Assembly: GCA_964362545.1 (NCBI GenBank)
Contig: CAYIEM010000002.1
Location: 1 to 58,184, forward strand
Direction of reading: 5' to 3'
DNA length: 58,184 nt
Origin: an uncultured Candidatus Saccharibacteria bacterium
GTDB taxonomy: Bacteria > Patescibacteriota > Minisyncoccia > Phycocordibacterales > UBA9973
Shown: piece after piece, positions 1-10,012 of the stretch
Layout: each line of letters begins with the position of its first letter
How positions within the stretch are numbered: position 1 is the stretch's first letter
Translations under genes and position numbers: made by a program
Notes under the pieces: model-generated
What the model was told of the DNA's origin: nothing
Seen by the model: the letters and a program-made list of their open reading frames with translations, nothing else
Database searches by the model: none

Positions 1-2
1 TA

Positions 3-416
3 GGGGACAGAACAGCTGAAGAAATAAAAATAAAAATAGGCGCAGCTGTCCCGCTCGAGGAAGAACTCCGGGTAACTATTAAGGGGCGGGACTTCATCCA
101 AGGATTACCGAGATCGGCGCAAGTCGGAACCAATGAGATAGTGAAAGCCATAGATGGAGAATTGAAACAGATAATAAAAGCGATCAAAGACGTATTGCAA
201 GAGACTCCGCCAGAACTTGCCTCTGACATCATGGATTACGGTATTATCATGACGGGTGGAACATCGCAGTTGCGCAATTTTACGGATTTGGTTTACAGAA
301 AGACTGGCGTAAAGGCAACCTTGGCGGAAGATTCTCTGTTTTGCGTAGTGAAAGGGACAGGCATTGCTCTCGAGCATTTGGACGTATATAAAAAAACAGT
401 TCTTAGTAAAAAATAA
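3..416 (+). CDS. mreB: Rod-shape protein MreB, C-terminal fragment (5' end lies outside the window)
   Basis: The frame is open from base 3. The translation GDRTAEEIKIKIGAA...IMTGGTSQLRNFTDLV...VVKGTGIALE is the C-terminal half of the MreB actin fold. The ORF track shows only the part after an internal Met (141..416). Confidence 0.85.
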   Translation, partial: GDRTAEEIKIKIGAAVPLEEELRVTIKGRDFIQGLPRSAQVGTNEIVKAIDGELKQIIKAIKDVLQETPPELASDIMDYGIIMTGGTSQLRNFTDLVYRKTGVKATLAEDSLFCVVKGTGIALEHLDVYKKTVLSKK

Positions 417-420
417 ATAT

Positions 421-441
421 TTTGGACATCCGATGTCCAAA
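421..441. promoter_or_regulatory. Perfect 21-nt palindrome TTTGGACATCCGATGTCCAAA between the mreB stop and the next start codon (terminator hairpin or operator)
   Basis: Read directly: 10-nt arms around a central C. It carries the same GGACAT/ATGTCC half-sites as the elements at 30757 and 32907. Confidence 0.5.
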
Positions 442-442
442 A

Positions 443-1168
443 ATGATTATGAATATTCTAGAGCATTTAGATAAAAACAATTTGCATCATGCGTATCTCA
501 TAGAGGGAGTAAGCGAAGAAATAATCCCGGAACTTTTCAAATTTGTTGAAAGTATGGGTATAAAAGTTTCTGGTAATCCGGATTTTTATAATATCTCTAT
601 CGATACTTTTAAAGTAGAAGATGCTCGCAATTTGAAATCTGTAGAACATGAAAAAGGATTCTCTACTGACAAAAAAATATATATAATTTCCGCCAATAAC
701 TTTTTACTAGAAGCGCAGAATACTTTGCTTAAAATTTTTGAGGAACCGATAGAAGGTACTCACTTCTTCTTGGTTGTCCCAGACAAAAATGCTTTGCTTC
801 GGACCTTAGTTTCCAGGTTTTATGTCATCTCCGCGAGAGTTGACCTAGCAGAGAAAAAAAATGAGTTTAAAGAAGATGCAGAGAAATTTATTGAGATGCT
901 TTTAGGAAACAGGATTAGTTTTATCAAAGAATTATTGACTGAGCCAGAAGAAGAAGAAGAAGAGGAAGTTTTACAGTTAGATTCCAACAGATCCAAAGCG
1001 TTGAAATTCTTAAATTCGCTTGAAACTACACTTGTGTCAAAGGCTGCCTTTGACACAAAGGTTGATTTTTTTGGTCATATTTTCAAAGTTCGTGAATTTA
1101 TCAATCAACCTGGTTCATCAGTGAAAACCTTAATGGAATCTGTGGCCTTAATGATGCCCCGTTTTTAG
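443..1168 (+). CDS. holB: DNA polymerase III delta-prime-like clamp-loader subunit
   Basis: Motifs LHHAYLIEG, QNTLLKIFEEP, FFLVV and LVSRF. The track start at 422 is TTG inside the palindrome, so I use the in-frame ATG at 443. Confidence 0.7.
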   Translation: MIMNILEHLDKNNLHHAYLIEGVSEEIIPELFKFVESMGIKVSGNPDFYNISIDTFKVEDARNLKSVEHEKGFSTDKKIYIISANNFLLEAQNTLLKIFEEPIEGTHFFLVVPDKNALLRTLVSRFYVISARVDLAEKKNEFKEDAEKFIEMLLGNRISFIKELLTEPEEEEEEEVLQLDSNRSKALKFLNSLETTLVSKAAFDTKVDFFGHIFKVREFINQPGSSVKTLMESVALMMPRF

Positions 1169-1182
1169 TTTTTAACATTAAA

Positions 1183-1191
1183 TGTTATAAT
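1183..1191 (+). promoter_or_regulatory. Extended -10 box TGtTATAAT, 6 nt upstream of the frr ATG
   Basis: Sequence atgTTATAATggatttATG read directly. Confidence 0.5.
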
Positions 1192-1197
1192 GGATTT

Positions 1198-1749
1198 ATG
1201 CAATATAATTTTTCAAATTTTAAGACAGAATTAAACAAGGTCGCTGAATTTCTAAGTAAAGAATATAGCCAGCTCAATATCGGAAGAGCCTCGCCGATGA
1301 TTTTAGATGGTGTTTCTGTAGAATCCTATGGTTCTTATGTTTCGTTAAAAAATGTTGCTTCGGTTTCGATCGAAGACCCAAAGACGCTTCGTATTGCGCC
1401 ATGGGATAAAAATCAAGTGAAGGAAATAGAAAAAGCCATAGTAGCGGCAAATTTGGGTCTATCAGTAGCTACCGACGAATCTGGGATTAGAGTTATTTTT
1501 CCGCAGTTGACAACAGAAACAAGGCAAAAATTAGTTAAGGTCTTAAAAGAAAAACTCGAAGAGCAGAGAATTACCGTTCGCCAAGAACGTGAGAGAATTT
1601 GGGACGAAGTGCAAAAGTTGGAAAAAGAAAGCAAACTCACTGAAGACGAAAAATTTAGAGCCAAAGACGATTTACAAAAAATAATAGACGAAATAAACCA
1701 AACACTGGAGAGCATCTTTGAAAAGAAAGAGAAGGAGGTTATGGGGTAA
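1198..1749 (+). CDS. frr: Ribosome recycling factor
   Basis: 183 aa. GRASPMILDGV, IRVIFPQLTTETR and RNIRRD-like REERERIWDE are typical of Frr in length and pattern. Confidence 0.9.
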   Translation: MQYNFSNFKTELNKVAEFLSKEYSQLNIGRASPMILDGVSVESYGSYVSLKNVASVSIEDPKTLRIAPWDKNQVKEIEKAIVAANLGLSVATDESGIRVIFPQLTTETRQKLVKVLKEKLEEQRITVRQERERIWDEVQKLEKESKLTEDEKFRAKDDLQKIIDEINQTLESIFEKKEKEVMG

Positions 1750-1782
1750 ATTAATTACAAATTATAAATTACGAATTACGGA

Positions 1783-2904
1783 TTGAATATATTAATTTTT
1801 GTTATCATCTTATTAGTCTTGGTTTTAGTTCACGAGTTTGGACATTTTTGGAGCGCAAAAAAGTTTGGTATCAGGGTGGACGAATTCGGTTTTGGTTTCC
1901 CCCCAAAGTTGTTTGGTTTTAAAAGGGGAGAGACAGAATACAGCATCAATCTTTTGCCTATTGGAGGATTTGTAAAAATTTTTGGCGACAATGCGGATGC
2001 TTTATCTGCCAGTAAGACGGAAGAAAATATCTCCGAAATTGATGCTTCCAGGGCTTTCATAAACAAACCAAAATATAAACAGGCGATAGTTCTTTTTGCC
2101 GGAGTTTTTGCTAATTTTCTGCTTGCGTGGATTTTATTTTCTATAGGTTTTATGTCGGGGCTTCCCACCTCAGTTGGAAGCGAACCAAAAGGATATACCG
2201 CAACGGATGTTTATTTGGTTATAGTTTCGGTTTTGCCTGATTCGCCAGCCGAAGTGGCAGGATTAAGGTCTGGAGATAAGGTTGTTTCTATCGAAAGTGG
2301 CGGTGACGTGGTTTCAGACATAAACCCTACGACACTTAAATCTTTTATAGTTTCTCATGGAGGAAAAGAAGTTACGCTTGGGTATTTGCGCGAAGAAGAT
2401 CAAACCGTGAATATGGCGAAAGTAACTTCCGTCCAAAATCCTGATAGAGAAGATTTCAGCATAGGCATAGTTATGGATGAGATAGGGGTAGTAAAATTGC
2501 CCCTTTTAAGGGCTTTTTCTGAAGGAATGGTCTTGAACTGGTCTGTCACCAAAGGTACTGCTATAGGCCTTTTTACGCTTATTAGGGAGGGTGTAGCGGG
2601 CAAAGGAAGTCTTTCTTCAGTTTCCGGACCTGTGGGAATGGTAGGTATTGTCGGAGATGCTTATCAATTTGGTTTCGCATACCTGCTTTCTTTTGCCGCT
2701 TTGATTTCAATAAATTTGGCAATTATAAACCTCATTCCGTTTCCGGCGCTTGATGGCGGGCGACTTCTTTTTCTTTTAATCGAAAAAATAAAAGGTTCTC
2801 CCTTGAATCCCAAATTTGCCAATTCTGCCAATATGGTTGGTTTTGCCATATTAATTATTCTGATGATATTCATAACTTATCATGATGTAGCTAAATTGCT
2901 TTAA
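1783..2904 (+). CDS. rseP: M50 site-2 protease (RseP-like) with PDZ domain
   Basis: HEFGHF (HExxH), a PDZ-like middle segment (PDSPAEVAGLRSGDKV) and NLIPFPALDGG. TTG start at 1783. Confidence 0.85.
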   Translation: MNILIFVIILLVLVLVHEFGHFWSAKKFGIRVDEFGFGFPPKLFGFKRGETEYSINLLPIGGFVKIFGDNADALSASKTEENISEIDASRAFINKPKYKQAIVLFAGVFANFLLAWILFSIGFMSGLPTSVGSEPKGYTATDVYLVIVSVLPDSPAEVAGLRSGDKVVSIESGGDVVSDINPTTLKSFIVSHGGKEVTLGYLREEDQTVNMAKVTSVQNPDREDFSIGIVMDEIGVVKLPLLRAFSEGMVLNWSVTKGTAIGLFTLIREGVAGKGSLSSVSGPVGMVGIVGDAYQFGFAYLLSFAALISINLAIINLIPFPALDGGRLLFLLIEKIKGSPLNPKFANSANMVGFAILIILMIFITYHDVAKLL

Positions 2905-2908
2905 AATT

Positions 2909-3964
2909 ATGCTCCTCAATCTGGTCAAAATATTCCTACCCACGGTAACGGCCTTATTGATAGGACTTTTTGTTACACCTTTCGCAACACATTTTTTTTA
3001 CAAGTACAAGATGTGGAAAAAATATTCTCGCAGTACTGGAGTCGATAACTCTGATTTTAAAAAAATCAATAATGAAAAAGAAGAGCTCAAAACTCCTCGC
3101 GTGGGTGGAGTGATAATTTGGGTTTCAATACTTTTTTCCACTCTTCTTTTTTATTTAGTTTCAATTTTATTTCCATCTCCAATCACCGAGAAAATAAATT
3201 TTCTTAGTAAAAACCAAACCCTGATACCGCTTTTAGTTTTACTTTTTGGTTCTTTCTTGGGACTTTGGGACGATCTGGTGCAGATCTATGGAAAAGGGAA
3301 AATTGCTCATGATGATAAATCTTGGCGTATGTGGAAAGCGTTGTTGGTATTTTTCATTTCTTTTTTGATCGGACTTTGGTTTTATTATAAGTTGGGAATG
3401 ACGTCTATACATATTCCTTTCGGGGGAGATCTATACTTGGGTATATTCATAATTCCAATTTTTATAATAGTTGCCTTGGGAACCTTTTCTGGCGGAGTCA
3501 TTGACGGCATAGATGGACTCTCGGGAGGAGTATTGTCGGCCATATTCGCTTCGTATTCTATGGTAGCTTTTGCTAACAATCAGATAGACATAGCGGCTTT
3601 TTCAGCTGTAATTACCGGAGCCATACTTGCCTTTTTGTGGTTTAATATACCGCCAGCCAGATTCTATATGGGAGAAACTGGTATTTTAGGACTCACTATC
3701 ACTCTGGCTACTTTAGCTTTTTTAACTGATTCAGTTTTGATTCTTCCTGTTATCGCCATGCCTCTCGTCATATCTTCTCTCTCTGTTATTTTGCAACTTG
3801 TTTCTAAAAAATTAAGAAATGGAAAAAAGATTTTTAAGGTGGCTCCCATACATCACCATTTCGAGGCGTTGGGTTGGCCATCTTATAAAGTTACTATGCG
3901 TTTTTGGATTTTTTCCGTCGCTTTCTCCATTATAGGAATAATTTTAGCGATTGTAAGCAGATAA
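2909..3964 (+). CDS. mraY: Phospho-N-acetylmuramoyl-pentapeptide transferase
   Basis: Polytopic membrane protein with GLWDDLVQ, GVIDGIDGLSGG and APIHHHFE motifs. Confidence 0.9.
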   Translation: MLLNLVKIFLPTVTALLIGLFVTPFATHFFYKYKMWKKYSRSTGVDNSDFKKINNEKEELKTPRVGGVIIWVSILFSTLLFYLVSILFPSPITEKINFLSKNQTLIPLLVLLFGSFLGLWDDLVQIYGKGKIAHDDKSWRMWKALLVFFISFLIGLWFYYKLGMTSIHIPFGGDLYLGIFIIPIFIIVALGTFSGGVIDGIDGLSGGVLSAIFASYSMVAFANNQIDIAAFSAVITGAILAFLWFNIPPARFYMGETGILGLTITLATLAFLTDSVLILPVIAMPLVISSLSVILQLVSKKLRNGKKIFKVAPIHHHFEALGWPSYKVTMRFWIFSVAFSIIGIILAIVSR

Positions 3965-3968
3965 GGAT

Positions 3969-5072
3969 ATGACGAAAGAAAAGAAAATAGATAGATTCTT
4001 TTTGACGATAGTTCTGCTTTTGGTTTTTTTTGGAGCGGCTATGTTTGTTTCCGCATCTTTGGGGATTCTGATGAAAAACAAACAACTTTTTTATTCTGTT
4101 CTCTTCAACCAAATAGTTCTCGGTTTTGGACTTGGTTTTCTTGGTATGTATCTTGTTTATAAAATAAATTATAAATTTTGGCGCAAATATTCTTTTTATA
4201 TTTTTTTAGGATCAATACTCTTAACCGCTGCTGTCTTCATTCCTTCTCTGGGATGGAGTCGTTTCGGGGCGGAGAGATGGATAGAAATAGGATCACTCCG
4301 TTTTCAGCCAGTAGAATTTCTGAAGTTCGGGTTTGTAATTTACTTCGCCGCATGGCTTGCCTGGGCAAAAAGTAGGGTCCAAGATTTCAAATTTGGAATT
4401 CTGCCTTTGGGTATAATGCTCACGGTTATAGCTTTTATTTTATTTAATCAACCAGATACCAAAAGTTTCATTTTGATCGCGATTGCCGGGATATCGATGC
4501 TTTTTATTTCTGGTGTATCAATGAAGTACATCTCTTTACTCGGAGCAGGAGCTATTATTGTGTTATCCATCCTAGTTTTCTTTACGCCTTACCTCCAAGA
4601 GCGAGTGAAAACTTTCATTGACCCTTCACAAGACCCTCAAGGTTCTTCTTATCAAATACAACAATCTCTAATAGCGATAGGTTCTGGAGGTATTTTAGGC
4701 CGGGGATACGGACAGAGCATTCAAAAATTCAGCTACTTACCAGAACCACAGGGTGATTCCATTTTTGCTGTTTTGGGAGAGGAGCTTGGCTTCGTGGGGA
4801 GCGTTGCCATAATAGTGCTTTACCTGCTTTTTGTTTTGCGTGGTCTTCGCATTGCCAATAATTCTCCCGATCTTTTCAGTAGACTTTTGGTTTCCGGAAT
4901 TGTTATACTAGTTGTGGCGCAGTCATTTATGAACATTGCTTCTGTTACCGGGGTTTTTCCACTGACAGGAGTGCCACTGGTATTCATGAGCCACGGAGGT
5001 ACTTCACTAATGGTGTATCTCATGGCGATTGGTCTTGTGTTTCAAATATCAAAGTTTCAGGAGAAAAATTAA
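3969..5072 (+). CDS. ftsW: SEDS-family peptidoglycan polymerase (FtsW/RodA)
   Basis: 367 aa, multi-TM. Motifs QPVEFLKF, QSLIAIGSGGILGRGYG and PEPQGDSIFAVLGEELGF. Located between mraY and murG. Confidence 0.85.
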   Translation: MTKEKKIDRFFLTIVLLLVFFGAAMFVSASLGILMKNKQLFYSVLFNQIVLGFGLGFLGMYLVYKINYKFWRKYSFYIFLGSILLTAAVFIPSLGWSRFGAERWIEIGSLRFQPVEFLKFGFVIYFAAWLAWAKSRVQDFKFGILPLGIMLTVIAFILFNQPDTKSFILIAIAGISMLFISGVSMKYISLLGAGAIIVLSILVFFTPYLQERVKTFIDPSQDPQGSSYQIQQSLIAIGSGGILGRGYGQSIQKFSYLPEPQGDSIFAVLGEELGFVGSVAIIVLYLLFVLRGLRIANNSPDLFSRLLVSGIVILVVAQSFMNIASVTGVFPLTGVPLVFMSHGGTSLMVYLMAIGLVFQISKFQEKN

Positions 5073-5112
5073 TGAGATTTTCTTTAATAATAGAGAGTCA
5101 TAAATCAAAAAA

Positions 5113-6243
5113 ATGAAAATAGTTTTTACAGGGGGAGGAACAGGTGGACATTTTTATCCGATTATTGCTGTTGCAGAGAAAGTAAATGAAATAATAGATA
5201 AAGAGAATATTATAGGAGCGAAGCTATATTATATATCTGACAGTCCCTATGATAAGGAATTGCTTTTAGAAAATGGACTTTCTTATGAGGAGATAACGGC
5301 GGGAAAGGCACGAATACATTTTTCTTTAAAAAATATCTCTGATGTGTTTAGAACACTTTTCGGCATTATAAACGCTGTTTATAAAATGTTTTCAATCTAT
5401 CCTGATGTTGTTTTTGGGAAGGGTGGATATGCGTCTTTTCCTACCATACTAGCAGCAAGGATTTTACATATTCCTATATTAATCCACGAATCAGATTCTG
5501 TCCCCGGCCGAGTGAATAAGTGGGCTGGGAGCTTTGCGAAAAGAGTGGCCGTTTCTTTCAGAGAGGCAGCCGATTATTTTCCCGAAGACAGAGTTGCTTG
5601 GACTGGGCATCCGATAAGAATAGAAATAGAACATCCTGCTCCTCCTTCGGAAGGATTGCAATACTTCAAGTTAGAATCAGATTTACCAGTAGTTTTAATT
5701 TTGGGCGGCTCTCAGGGAGCAGAACTTATCAACAACATAGTACTAGATGCATTGCCTCGACTCCTGCACAATTTCCAGGTCATCCATCAGACAGGAGTTA
5801 ATAATTTTAAAAATGTTGTCGGACAGGCGGAGGTTATACTTGCTTCGAACGAAGAGAAAGTCAGGTACATGCCTTTTCCTTTTCTAAACCAGCTTGCCGT
5901 AAAAATGGCCGCTGGGGCAGCGACGATCATAGTCACTCGAGCCGGGTCAACACTATTTGAAATAGCATCTTGGGGGATCCCCTCCATTATTGTCCCTATA
6001 ACCACGACTAACGGAGATCATCAAAGAAAAAACGCTTTCAACTATGCTCATGTGGGTGCTTGTAATGTCATAGAAGAAGCAAATATGACCGCCAACATAT
6101 TGGTTTCAGAAATTGAAAGAATTGCGAATAACAAAACGATTTGGGATAAAATGGCGCAGAATGCTAAGACTTATAATAAACCCGATGCCGCCTACAAGAT
6201 AGCTCGAGAGCTTGTAGATATAGCTTTGAGCCATGAAGAATAG
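5113..6243 (+). CDS. murG: UDP-GlcNAc:lipid I GlcNAc transferase
   Basis: FTGGGTGGHFYP, LILGGSQGA and the VTRAGSTLFEI pattern. Confidence 0.9.
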   Translation: MKIVFTGGGTGGHFYPIIAVAEKVNEIIDKENIIGAKLYYISDSPYDKELLLENGLSYEEITAGKARIHFSLKNISDVFRTLFGIINAVYKMFSIYPDVVFGKGGYASFPTILAARILHIPILIHESDSVPGRVNKWAGSFAKRVAVSFREAADYFPEDRVAWTGHPIRIEIEHPAPPSEGLQYFKLESDLPVVLILGGSQGAELINNIVLDALPRLLHNFQVIHQTGVNNFKNVVGQAEVILASNEEKVRYMPFPFLNQLAVKMAAGAATIIVTRAGSTLFEIASWGIPSIIVPITTTNGDHQRKNAFNYAHVGACNVIEEANMTANILVSEIERIANNKTIWDKMAQNAKTYNKPDAAYKIARELVDIALSHEE

Positions 6244-6244
6244 G

Positions 6245-6253
6245 TGCTAAAAT
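6245..6253 (+). promoter_or_regulatory. Extended -10 box TGcTAAAAT, 6 nt upstream of the gltX ATG
   Basis: Sequence gTGCTAAAATgggtggATG read directly. Confidence 0.45.
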
Positions 6254-6259
6254 GGGTGG

Positions 6260-7675
6260 ATGGAGAATAAAGTTGTCACAAGATTCGCGCCTAGTCCGAC
6301 AGGGTTTATGCATATTGGAGGCATACGCACTGCGCTTTACGCGTATCTTTGGGCTAAAAAAAATAAAGGCACTTTCATACTAAGAATTGAAGATACGGAC
6401 AAAGAAAGAGAAGTTAAAGGTTCGATAGAACATATCATCGAATCCTTGAATTGGTTGAATATAAAATGGGACGAAGGACTAAACATAGGAGGACCACATG
6501 CCCCATATCTACAATCAGAGAGACTCGATTCGTATAAAAAGTACGCTCAAACTCTTTTTGATAAAGGATTGGCATACTCAGACCCGTATACGAAAGAAGA
6601 AGTGGATGCATTTCGCACCCAAGCTGAATTAGCTAAAAAACCTTTTTTGTATAGAGAACATCGGCCCGATAAATTTGAAAAATGGGATGGTTCGAAACCA
6701 CTTCGTTTCAAAGTGTTAGAAATAAAAAGTTATAAGTGGCATGATTTAGTGTATGGCGATCTCTCTGCCGGGACTGAAGCATTGGATGATTTTATTTTGA
6801 TAAAAAGCGACGGCTATCCGACATACAACTTTGCTCATATCATAGATGATATTGAAATGGGAGTTACCCACGTGATGCGTGGACAAGAATTTATTTCTTC
6901 TACGCCAAAATTTTTATCAATTTACGAAGCCCTAGGTATCAAACCCCCATTCTTCGCTACTTTGCCACCGATCATGGCTTCTGATGGTAAAAAGAAATTG
7001 GGTAAAAGAGATGGAGCTAAAGACGTCTTAGAATACAAGAGTGATGGATATTTGCCCCAGGCGATGGTTAATTTCTTGGCTTTAATGGGTTGGAATCCTG
7101 GAGACGAAAGAGAAATTTTTAACATGGATGAGCTCATTGAAGCTTTTGATATTTCAGGTATTGGACACTCTGGTGCGCAAGCCAATTCGGAGAAGCTGGA
7201 TTGGATAAACAAAGAATATATTAAAAAACTTTCTGATTCAGAATTAAAAGAAAATATTTTTAAATATTTGCCGGATGAATTAAGAATCGAAAAAATTATT
7301 CCAATTATTGCGGAAAGGATTTCCAAATGGGGAGAAGTAGTGGAGATGGTGGAGAGGGGAGAGCTTGATCTGTTTTATAAAAGACCAGCAATAGAAAAAG
7401 GGAAATTAATTTACAAAGGCGCATCTGCTGAAAAAATTTCTCAAAACCTGAGTCAGTCTATAGACGCGCTTCAAAAATTAGATGAAAAAGATTTCACGGT
7501 AGAAAATATAAAAAATTCCTTAATGCAAGTAGCGAATGCGCTCGAAAACAGGGGAGAACTGTTTCATCCTGTGCGTTACGCGCTTTCCGGCTTAGAAAAA
7601 TCTCCGGATCCATTTACTATTGCCTCTGTAATAGGTAAAGATGAAACAATATCGAGATTACAAGAAGCTATATAG
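6260..7675 (+). CDS. gltX: Glutamyl-tRNA synthetase
   Basis: RFAPSPTGFMHIGGIRTAL (HIGH-type), KLGKRDG (KMSKS-type) and a class I Glu/Gln catalytic core. Confidence 0.9.
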   Translation: MENKVVTRFAPSPTGFMHIGGIRTALYAYLWAKKNKGTFILRIEDTDKEREVKGSIEHIIESLNWLNIKWDEGLNIGGPHAPYLQSERLDSYKKYAQTLFDKGLAYSDPYTKEEVDAFRTQAELAKKPFLYREHRPDKFEKWDGSKPLRFKVLEIKSYKWHDLVYGDLSAGTEALDDFILIKSDGYPTYNFAHIIDDIEMGVTHVMRGQEFISSTPKFLSIYEALGIKPPFFATLPPIMASDGKKKLGKRDGAKDVLEYKSDGYLPQAMVNFLALMGWNPGDEREIFNMDELIEAFDISGIGHSGAQANSEKLDWINKEYIKKLSDSELKENIFKYLPDELRIEKIIPIIAERISKWGEVVEMVERGELDLFYKRPAIEKGKLIYKGASAEKISQNLSQSIDALQKLDEKDFTVENIKNSLMQVANALENRGELFHPVRYALSGLEKSPDPFTIASVIGKDETISRLQEAI

Positions 7676-8939
7676 ATTACCTTTGTTTATTTTCATTGGG
7701 ATCCTTTTGTTGGTCCCAACTGTTTTTTCTTATGCGGAAACAGCGAAAGAGTTAAGAGAAAAAATTGACCAAAAGAATGAAGATATAGATGAGCTCGAAG
7801 AGGAAATCAAACAATATCAAATTCAATTGAATGGATTAGAAAAAGAAAAAAATTCCTTGAGCGTTTCGTTAAAACAGCTTGATTTAACAAAGAAAAAGTT
7901 GACGGTTGATATGTCGGTGACGCAGAAAAAAATTGATAAAACAAATTTAAAAATACTAGAATTGAGTCTGGATATAAACGATAAGGAAAGTATCATTGGA
8001 GACAATACTGAAGCTATCTCAGAGGGTATTCGAAAAGTAGATGAATTCGAACAGCGGGATACGTTGACCACCTTGCTCTCGGAAAATAATTTTACTGTTG
8101 TCTGGAACGACCTAGACAACGTGGCGACTGTCGGAGAAGAGATTAGAAAGAATATCATCAGATTAAGAGAAGTTAAGAATGAGCTGGAAGACACCAGGAA
8201 CGAAACGACCAAAGCCAAGAATGAACTGGTGACGCTTAAATCCAAACTAGCTGATCAGAAAAAAGTGGTAGACCAAAGCACTAAAGACAAACAAAAACTT
8301 TTAATCCAGACCAAAAACAACGAAGCCAATTACCAAAAACTTTTAAAAGATCAGCTGGCGAAAAAATTAGCCTTCGAGGCAGAATTGCGAAATTATGAAT
8401 CGCAACTCCAATTCATCTTGGACCCTTCCAAATTGCCCTCAGCGGGAGTCTTGAGTTGGCCCCTGGATGAGATATTTGTCACTCAACAATTCGGAGCCAA
8501 GACCGGCCCACACCGAACATATGCGAGCGGACACAGTGGCGCTGATTTTAGAGCCAGGACTCCGTTGCCGGTAAAATCAATGGCAGATGGAGTGGTGAAG
8601 GGAGTAGGCGACACAGATGCGAGCTGTCCTGGAGCTTCTTTCGGCAAGTGGATTTTTATAGAATACAATAACGGCCTTTCAAGCGCTTTTGGGCATCTCT
8701 CCCTCATCAAAGTATCGGAAGGGGAAAGGGTGCAGAGAGGAGAGACTGTGGGCTATACGGGAGGCACAGGCAGGGTCACTGGGCCTCATTTACACGTTTC
8801 TTTGTATGTTTCAGAGGCCGTGAGTGTGCAAACGGTACCTTCTAAATCTTGCCCGGGGAGAATCTTGAAACAGCCCATAGCGGCTATCAACGCCTACCTC
8901 GACCCGATGTATTATTTGCCTCCTTACTCATTTAATTAA
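7641..8939 (+). CDS. Coiled-coil M23 (LytM-type) peptidoglycan endopeptidase, EnvC-like architecture
   Basis: Signal/TM segment, then a long K/E/L-rich coiled coil. The C-terminal part carries HSGADF (HxxxD) and GPHLHVSLY (HxH). Confidence 0.8.
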   Translation: MKQYRDYKKLYRLPLFIFIGILLLVPTVFSYAETAKELREKIDQKNEDIDELEEEIKQYQIQLNGLEKEKNSLSVSLKQLDLTKKKLTVDMSVTQKKIDKTNLKILELSLDINDKESIIGDNTEAISEGIRKVDEFEQRDTLTTLLSENNFTVVWNDLDNVATVGEEIRKNIIRLREVKNELEDTRNETTKAKNELVTLKSKLADQKKVVDQSTKDKQKLLIQTKNNEANYQKLLKDQLAKKLAFEAELRNYESQLQFILDPSKLPSAGVLSWPLDEIFVTQQFGAKTGPHRTYASGHSGADFRARTPLPVKSMADGVVKGVGDTDASCPGASFGKWIFIEYNNGLSSAFGHLSLIKVSEGERVQRGETVGYTGGTGRVTGPHLHVSLYVSEAVSVQTVPSKSCPGRILKQPIAAINAYLDPMYYLPPYSFN

Positions 8940-8977
8940 AATTACCTAACTCTACCGATCGGAAAAGTTAGGTAATT
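8940..8977 (+). terminator. Hairpin after the M23 peptidase gene (AATTACCTAAC / GTTAGGTAATT, 16-nt loop)
   Basis: 11-bp perfect stem read directly. No clear U-tract follows, so termination is only plausible. Confidence 0.4.
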
Positions 8978-9027
8978 AACAATTTAGATTGTCAAAAATG
9001 AACACAAAATGGTAAAATATTTATATT

Positions 9028-9198
9028 ATGAATAAAGAATTCGAAAATAAAGGGGATAATGTTTTGTCTAAACAAGGCGGGTTTTTGAAGACCATTATAA
9101 TTATAATTATTGCTCTAATCATACTCAAGTATTTCAACATTTCCTTATCTGACGCGATTAATTGGCTTAAAGATTTATGGGACAGCGTTTTTAATTAG
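9028..9198 (+). CDS. Small (56 aa) single-TM protein, not in the ORF track
   Basis: ATG at 9028, TAG at 9196. Hydrophobic core GFLKTIIIIIIALIILKYF. TTGTCA-18-TGgTAAAAT promoter-like boxes end 9 nt upstream of the ATG. Confidence 0.4.
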   Translation: MNKEFENKGDNVLSKQGGFLKTIIIIIIALIILKYFNISLSDAINWLKDLWDSVFN

Positions 9199-9223
9199 GG
9201 TTGATAATAAAGCAGCTGAATGA

Positions 9224-9544
9224 ATGGCCAATCTAAATAAAAACCAAAAGGGAATTAGCATCATCGGGGTTTTGTTTTTTGGTGTTCTTCTTGTCTTAGT
9301 GCTTAGCTATTCGGGAATAAGTATTAAATCTATAGTGGAGAGTCCCGAAGGACAGGAAAATATAAACTATATTACCGGAGGTGTGAGGAACTTGTGGTAT
9401 GAATATCTCAAAGAGCCAGCAGAATATATTTGGAATGATATTATCATAGGTATCGTTTGGGAGAATTTAATTTCTGCTGTAGGGAACTTAAGGAATATGA
9501 ACTCAATAAACCTTGGCAACTTTTCTCCTGATATAAATTATTAA
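9224..9544 (+). CDS. Hypothetical membrane protein
   Basis: 106-aa ORF with an N-terminal TM helix (ISIIGVLFFGVLLVLVL). No recognisable family. Confidence 0.5.
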   Translation: MANLNKNQKGISIIGVLFFGVLLVLVLSYSGISIKSIVESPEGQENINYITGGVRNLWYEYLKEPAEYIWNDIIIGIVWENLISAVGNLRNMNSINLGNFSPDINY

Positions 9545-9576
9545 AACCAATAATAATATTAGAAGAAATATCTAAA

Positions 9577-9918
9577 GTGCCTAGAAAAATTCCTAAAAAA
9601 GTTCCGGAAAAAACATTCTACTATCACTATAAGCATGATTCAGATAAGGGAGTCAATGATCATGCTTATGAAGTTATCGGAGTCGGGTATCACACTGAGG
9701 AAGATTGCAGACCCGAAGATATTCATATGGTTGTTTATCTACCACTCTATAAGTCTTCGCGTGCTTATCAAGCAGGGAAGTTATTTGAACTTCGGCCACT
9801 AGAGATGTTTATGGGAAATGTTACAAAAGATGGAAAAACTTTTCCTAGATTTAAAAAAATTACGGATGAAAATATAATTACTCAGCTAAAGATAATAAAA
9901 ACTCAATTATATAGTTAA
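9577..9918 (+). CDS. DUF1653-like protein
   Basis: YKHDS...HAYEVIGVGYHTEE...MVVYLPLY...LRPLEMF fits the DUF1653 pattern. GTG start. Confidence 0.6.
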   Translation: MPRKIPKKVPEKTFYYHYKHDSDKGVNDHAYEVIGVGYHTEEDCRPEDIHMVVYLPLYKSSRAYQAGKLFELRPLEMFMGNVTKDGKTFPRFKKITDENIITQLKIIKTQLYS

Positions 9919-10012
9919 CCTCCTTCCTCCAGGATTCTCTCGGTTTCCTTGTAGGGAATAGGGCTTTGTTTAATTAATATCATGTCGCACAATATATCTT
10001 TAGTACGTGGTA

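Noticed and set aside
948-968. (GAA)n trinucleotide run in the holB-like gene (EEEEEEE)
   Set aside because: It is short, in frame, and located in a linker of a housekeeping gene. There is no reason to think it is more than low-complexity coding sequence.
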